From the NCBI GenBank assembly GCA_001179505.1, contig CDMY01000269.1:62001-126000 (forward strand): 64,000 nt of DNA, read 5' to 3'. The DNA comes from Vitrella brassicaformis CCMP3155. Its lineage: Eukaryota > Protista > Chromerida. Below are positions 58,209-64,000 of the stretch, in pieces (position 1 is the first letter of the stretch; every line of letters begins with the position of its first letter). Made by a program: the position numbers and the translations under genes. The notes beneath the pieces are model-generated. The model saw only the letters and a program-made list of their open reading frames with translations. It did no database searches and was not told the DNA's origin.

Positions 58209-61200
58209 ATGCCGAAAGGTTCATCGTCAGTGTCGAAGGCCAAGGACTCCGGCAAGACCAAGAAGCTGCTCAAGCTCAAGTCCAAGCTCCAGCAAGCCGC
58301 CAGGGGCAAGATCGGCAGCAAGCAGAGGGAGAAGAGGGGCAAGGGCGTTAAGTTCGACTATGACCAGTTCGCCAAGCAGTTCCGAAAGCTGCAGGCAGGC
58401 GGCTCGCGGGCAGATTGGGAGGTTGCCGACGACGAGAGCGTTGCATCTGACGAGGCGTTTGATGCCGATGACGAGGAGCAGTACGGCGAGACTATAGCGA
58501 GCATCAAATCGAGGGCAGAAGGGGCCCAAGAGGGACAAGAAGAGAGAGAGGAGTGGGACGAGGGCGACGATCATGACGAGCAGATGGACGCCTCGGCCAA
58601 TCCAGGGCTCTTCCTGGACAGATTCATGTCTGATGACATCGACATGCCCCTACCCGACCAGCCACCGGCCTCTCAGAAGCCCGCCAAGCGGCGAGGGATG
58701 CCGAGCGGGCAACATGACGACGAGGGAGAGGGAGAGGGGGATGGGGAGGAAGATGCGGATGATCTGTCGAAGCTCGTTGAGATGCCTGACGAGAACGATG
58801 CCCCTGACCCAGCAGAGCAGTTGCGCCGTCGCGTCTATCAGGAGTCCAGGCCTGAATCCGTCTTCGATATCGGCCCAGGTACGATTGGGCCGCAACCGCG
58901 TGTATGATTGGATGCCCGCTCGTTCGTTCGTTGTGTGTGTTGCCTTCCTGTTGTCATTCAGACGCCGGTGGTCGACGGGATCAGATCACGACCGATGACA
59001 TTTTGGCGACCCTCCAGACCGACGCCGCACCGCCGAGAGGCGATGGTGCAGACCAGGACGAGGAGGAGGGGGAGGGGCAGCGAAGCGCTCGGGACGATGG
59101 CGTTCGTGGCGCCGCCAGCCAACTGAGATCTGAGCTAGAGACCCTGCAGAGAACAGTAGGCCGATGGATGGATGGATGGCCAACGAAATGAATGGACACG
59201 ATGTGTGTGGATGTGATACTGTGCCGCGTATGTGTTGTGTGTGTGCAGACTGCCGTGAGTGAGCCGTTGTCAGAGCCCAAGGCGGCTCGTGTGGACAGGA
59301 AGCTCAAGTATGACTTTGCGAGGAAGGACATACAGAAGTGGCTGCCGCAGGTCAAGAGGAACAGGTCAGCCAGTCAGTGAGTGAGTGACGACAAACAGCC
59401 CCTTCATCTCGCCTGCCCTCCTGCATGTGTGTGTGTGTGTGTGTGTGTGTTGGTTCAGGGAGTCTGAGCAGCTGCAGCTGGGCCAGGTGCCTGACGGCCT
59501 CAACAACTCTATGTAAGGGAAAGAACACACACACACACACGCATAAGGCGACCGAAGGAGACACCGCACCGTACACTAACTACACTATTCCGCTGTGGGT
59601 GTCAGGGCCAACATCGTCTCCTCGTTCAAGCCATCGACCGACTTCGAAAAGGTGCGCACTCACACCCGACCTATCGCATTCATGGCCTTCTGGGCTGGGC
59701 GGGTCCTCAGGAGTTGTTGACGGCTCTGGAGGAGTCTGGTCTGCAGGAGAACGACAGAGCGGATGAAATGCCCGACGTGGGTGGCGGGGAAGAGGTGAGG
59801 GGGCGGGGAGGGGGAGGGGGGCTGCATGCGCTGCGCACGTGGTGGGCAGGTCGGCAGGCAGGCAGGCAGGCAGGCAGTCGGTAGGTGGTGTATATAATGA
59901 TGAGACTTGTGCCATAGGAAGTGCCGTCTGATGGGTGCCTTATTGGATCAGCACCCACACACATGACGCACAACAGCACTGCTGATCGATACATACATCA
60001 TCGCACACACAAGCACCCACACACATCAACGTGTGCACTCATCACCGACCCCCTTCTTGGTCGCCCTGTCTCTGTGTGTGATGTGTGTGTCCATCAGTCC
60101 GCTACATTGAAGCGTCTGAAGGCCCTGATGTTCCGCGAGCAGCGCCGCAACGCCCGGCTGGCCAAGATCAAATCAAAGACCTGGCACAAAGTCCACAGAA
60201 AGGTACGCATCCATCGCACACCCACGCACACGACGCAGGGGGGAAGTGACATCTGTGTGTGTGTGTCGTCATCCCATCCCATGTCAGGCGGAGGCTCGCG
60301 AGAAGGAAAAGCTCATGGCGCGGCTCGCTGTGGAGGACCCCGGTAAGACCATATTCAACACACTGCCGACTTTTGTGGACTCCCACTGACGCGCCTTAAT
60401 TGTTCAGAGCTGGCGCAGTCCATCCAGAAGGAGTACGAAGAGAAGCGAGCCAGGGTAAGACATCCAGTGCCCCACCATAACGACACACCCACACAATACC
60501 GTCATCCCGTTGATTTGATTCGCTGCAGGTGCGTATGTTGGAGCGGTCAACGGCGCGCAAGAAGTGGGCTCGACTGGCGGCTCGGTTCGGCGGCAAGGCC
60601 GTGCAGCCCCTCATCACCGAAGCAGCACAGCGCGAACACGACGAGAAGGCCGCCATCGACAAAATCGCCAAGACCAAACCCGGCAACGCATACACACAAG
60701 GTAGGTAGGGACACCGGTGGGGCGGGGCGGGCCAGCGGAGCAACACAAGACACAGACACACAAATCGGGACCACTTGTTGCAGGGGAAGATTCGGACGAA
60801 GAAGTTCATTTGACATCTGACGAGGAGGAGGAAGACGACGACAAGGCCGAGGGAGGTGGTGGTGGTGGCAGCTACGAGGAGCAGGTCAAGGGCAAGGCCA
60901 AGCTGCTCGCACTCGACGAGCTCAAACAGACTGACGGTGAGGGGAAGCGGCGGGCGAACCCATTCACATGGGTATGGATGTCTGTCTGCATTTCGCAGAA
61001 CCTCTGCCCGACACGGGTCTGTTTGCGCTGCCCTTCATGCGCAAGGCCATCGAAGAGGAGAGGTAGGAACCTTGCTTGCACACACCGACACCACACACAC
61101 ACGCACCGGTGTGTCCCTTCCTATATCTTCTGTGCGTCAGGGAGTCGAGCCGTCGTGAGGCCGAGAAGCTCCTGCAGGAGCTGGAGCAGGAGACCGACAC

Positions 61201-62834
61201 CCATCCACACAGAAGACCCGACCCACGAGACGACCTGCAGCTCGACCAAGAGGACAAAGAACCCGATGACCACGAGAGCCAGCGGATCGCCGCAGAGAAG
61301 GAGGCCAAACAGGCCGAGAAGGAGAAGAAGAAAAAAGCCAAGACCGTCCGCTTCCGGGAAGAGGACCTCGAGAAGGCCAGGGAAGAAGTGAAGGGGATGC
61401 TTGGCCAGGACGGCGACCTCATAATGATGGCTGGCGACCACACACACCGGCCTCGAGAGTCCCTCCCATCTGCCGCCCTGCACACCAGCACCTCCACCAA
61501 GGTGCGCGTCGACCAGCCCCTCACCACACGTATGCCGGCAAAGCGACCACGCGACGAGCACCAGCACACAGACGAGCAGGAGCACCCGCCAAACCCCTGG
61601 ATCGATGGCTATGTGCCTCCCAAGGACGACAGCAAAAAGAAGAGACGAAAGACCAAGAAGGGGCCGGCTGGTGGGGATGGTGACGGTGATGGGGCTGGTG
61701 GCGAGGAGGAGGATGTGTTGGCAGGGTTTGACGTGGGCAGCACTGAGGAGAGGGAGCAGCAGCGGGAGCTGCTCAGACAAACCTTCCAGTCGTCGACACA
61801 CGTACGCACAACCCACCCAACGCACTTTGTTTGCTTCATTGCACCAAGTCCCCGGTCTGTCTGTGTGGGTGTGTCTGTAGGAGGACGATTTTGTGCGTGA
61901 GGTGGGCCAAGACGAGGACGAGAAGCTCACCGCCGAAGAGAAGAACACATCAGCAGGTTCGTTCACCACCCCACAACACACAACATCCACACATCAGACA
62001 CATATCACCCTCTCTCTCTTCCCCTGATTGGTTTTGTCAGATCTGCCCGGGTGGGGCGAGTGGGCGGGGTCTGGTGTGCGTCCGAACCGCCGCAAGCAGC
62101 GGGAGAAGGAGGTGAAGGAGCGGCAGAAGCAGGCTGCCATCGCCAAGCGAGAACACCAGGTGCGGCGGAAGCCTGTGAGCGTCACCCAATGCCTCGACAG
62201 GAAGGCCGCCAAATACTACACCACCACAGTAAGTCGGTCCCACACACCACACCGCACACAGACGCAAGGAGGGAGGAGGAATGTTTGTGGTGTGGTGTGG
62301 TGGATACTTACTTCAGGTGCCTCATCCATATCAGTCCAAGCAGCAGTACGATCGGATGCTGCAGTAAGCAAGAGTACACACAAGGCCTGGGGGAGGGGCA
62401 CCGACAAACAAATCGCCCGTGTGTGTATGTCAGGCACCCGACAGGCCCGGACTGGAACACCACTGCCGTCTTTCACCGACTGATTCAGCCCAAGGTACCA
62501 ACACGCAGACTCGCAGACAGACAGGCACAGCACAGAGGGGGACAGGACAACACTCCTGAACCCCTCTGTCATGTCATATACTCACTCTTGTTTGTGTGCC
62601 ATCAGCTGAATGTGCGTGTGGGTGCGGTGGTGCCCCCACTCCAACACGCCAAACACCTTTCGCCAAAGGTAGGGAGGGACATCGATGACACGCATCTTCC
62701 TCGGTGTGACTGCAATGACTGGACTGGTGGACTGCATGTGGTACTTGGTGTGGCGTGTGGTTCAGGCTCGCGATTCGTTGCTGCGTGCATGGGACAGCAA
62801 GGCCAAGCCACAGCAGAGGAGAACCAAACTGTGA
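58209..62834 (+). CDS. UTP14: U3 snoRNA-associated protein 14 (SSU processome)
   Basis: KWLPQVKRNR, FKPSTDFEK, LKALMFREQRRNARLAKIKSKTWHKVHRK, KWARLAARFG, GLFALPFMRKA, DLPGWGEWAGSG, KAAKYY...VPHPYQSKQQYDR, PTGPDWNT...LIQPKVNVRVGAVVPP. Last exon ARDSLLRAWDSKAKPQQRRTKL* with TGA at 62832-62834. Confidence 0.93.
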
Positions 62835-64000
62835 TGGATCGTGAGGTTCTTGGGGCGGTCTGGTGACTTCTGTGTGTCTGTCTGTCTCGTTGGGCGTTCG
62901 TGGCTATCGTGGATGAGAGATGGATTGGGTTGATGCAGTCGAATGCAGCGATGCACGGTCGAATCATTCACTCATTGGTTCGTTAATGAAACACTCTTGT
63001 CTGTCTGTCGATCTGTACAAGGGCCGTCCATCCAGGGAGGGAGGCAAGGGAGTTCCACCAAGCGTAGAGTATGCACACGCACACACACACACACCCAGCC
63101 CGTCCCACCCCCCCCTCTTGTTTGTCTACACCACACCCATCTCTCTCTCTCTCTCTTTCTTTCCATCCCTCCCCCGTCTTGCGCCGTCGGGTGAGCTACA
63201 CCGCCTCGCCGCCACCTATAGCGAACTAGCCTGCCATCATTGCACACACACGACGATCAACACGCATGTGCGCATGACGTTCTCACACCTCACCCCCACT
63301 CCCTCTCACCCACCTGTGCCGCCGCCATCGCCGTTGTCGTCCTCATTGGGGTCCTCACCGTCGAACACTATGGGTGCGATCGGTCCCAGGACGGGGCGCG
63401 CCAGGGCGGTGGTGCGGGGTAACCGGTCCTTGAAGGGCGCATCAGCAGACACACCCACTGCTGGCGGCTCGGTCGTCAACACCCTAGCACACACTGCAGA
63501 CACACAGCACAGCGGAATGGGCTGTCTGTCCAAGTGACACTCTGTCGTCTGTGGCTTGCCCTGTCCATTCCCCAAGTCTCCGATGGCGATGTATGCGATG
63601 AATGGGTGGTCAAACGGCGTCAGCAGCAGCTCCTTGTGTGGTGCGTCGTGAATGGTAAATGCTATGACGGCCGTGGTGCCCTCGACCGGCTGGTGGACCG
63701 ACTGGTCGAGCAGACCCGCCAACACGCCGCCACGCACATCGCTGCAGACAGACACACACAGACAGGCAATGAAGCATCAGGGACGACCACAATCGGTGTG
63801 CCGCTTCCCGACTGGCCGACCGGTCTATGAATTGCTCGGTGAGATGCATGTCGTCAATTGTGCGCGCCAGGATGGTGCTCATCAAAAAGGACGAAAATGA
63901 CGCCTCGGTGTACATGTCATCAGTGTACCAGGCGTGTTCCTCCTCGTCGTAGTGGCCGATGTGGTGTCGGACGGGGGGGTCGTGGGGGCTGGTGTGTGGG
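62800..64000. repeat. Inverted segmental duplicate of ~22750-24270
   Basis: Coding, intron and 3' flank sequences align as the reverse complement of the 21994-23749 gene region and its downstream flank. Confidence 0.85.
63306..64000 (-). CDS. 3' part of a paralog of the lineage-specific gene at 21994-23749 (5' end outside the window)
   Basis: YTEASFSSFLMSTILARTIDD, GVLAGLLDQSVHQPVEGTTA, LLLTPFDHPFIA and PRTTALARPVLGPIAPIVFDGEDPNEDD match the + strand gene. Confidence 0.75.

Noticed and set aside
1-64000. Most ORFs in the supplied six-frame track (antisense, HT/CV-repeat-rich or X-containing)
   Set aside because: They are shadows of real exons, translations of (CA)n/(GT)n introns, or read through N-gaps.

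Overview
Eukaryotic, GC-rich, intron-dense nuclear DNA with four N-gaps. Introns are short, with (GT)n/(CA)n tracts. ApiAP2 domains together with genes carrying bipartite plastid leaders point to a photosynthetic apicomplexan relative such as the chromerid Vitrella brassicaformis (inference). I assembled the gene models by eye from GT..AG exons, so most are absent from the ORF track. From left to right: plastid SAM-methyltransferase, secreted multi-EF-hand protein, PPOX, DUF1118-like plastid protein, TVP15/COPI-associated + EF-hand protein, a degenerate tandem duplication, a CenH3-like histone, four proline-rich CD225-like membrane paralogs (two with nonsense codons), a lineage-specific family gene, and a complete 323-bp LTR mini-retrotransposon (TRIM). 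Next is a ~16-kb minus-strand ApiAP2 array (12 canonical AP2 domains in 6 pairs, 4 atypical ones, SAM-like tails) interrupted by a WCGPC-thioredoxin/SHP/UBX fusion gene. The window ends with a second TVP15 gene, an SDS22-type LRR gene, a kinase fused to a PH-like domain, a bacterial-type GNAT, plastid Mpv17/PMP22, a coiled-coil gene, UTP14 and a partial paralog of the lineage-specific gene. The most interesting items are the ApiAP2 array, the TRIM, the CenH3 candidate and the two fusion genes. No database searches were possible, so family calls rest on motif recognition.
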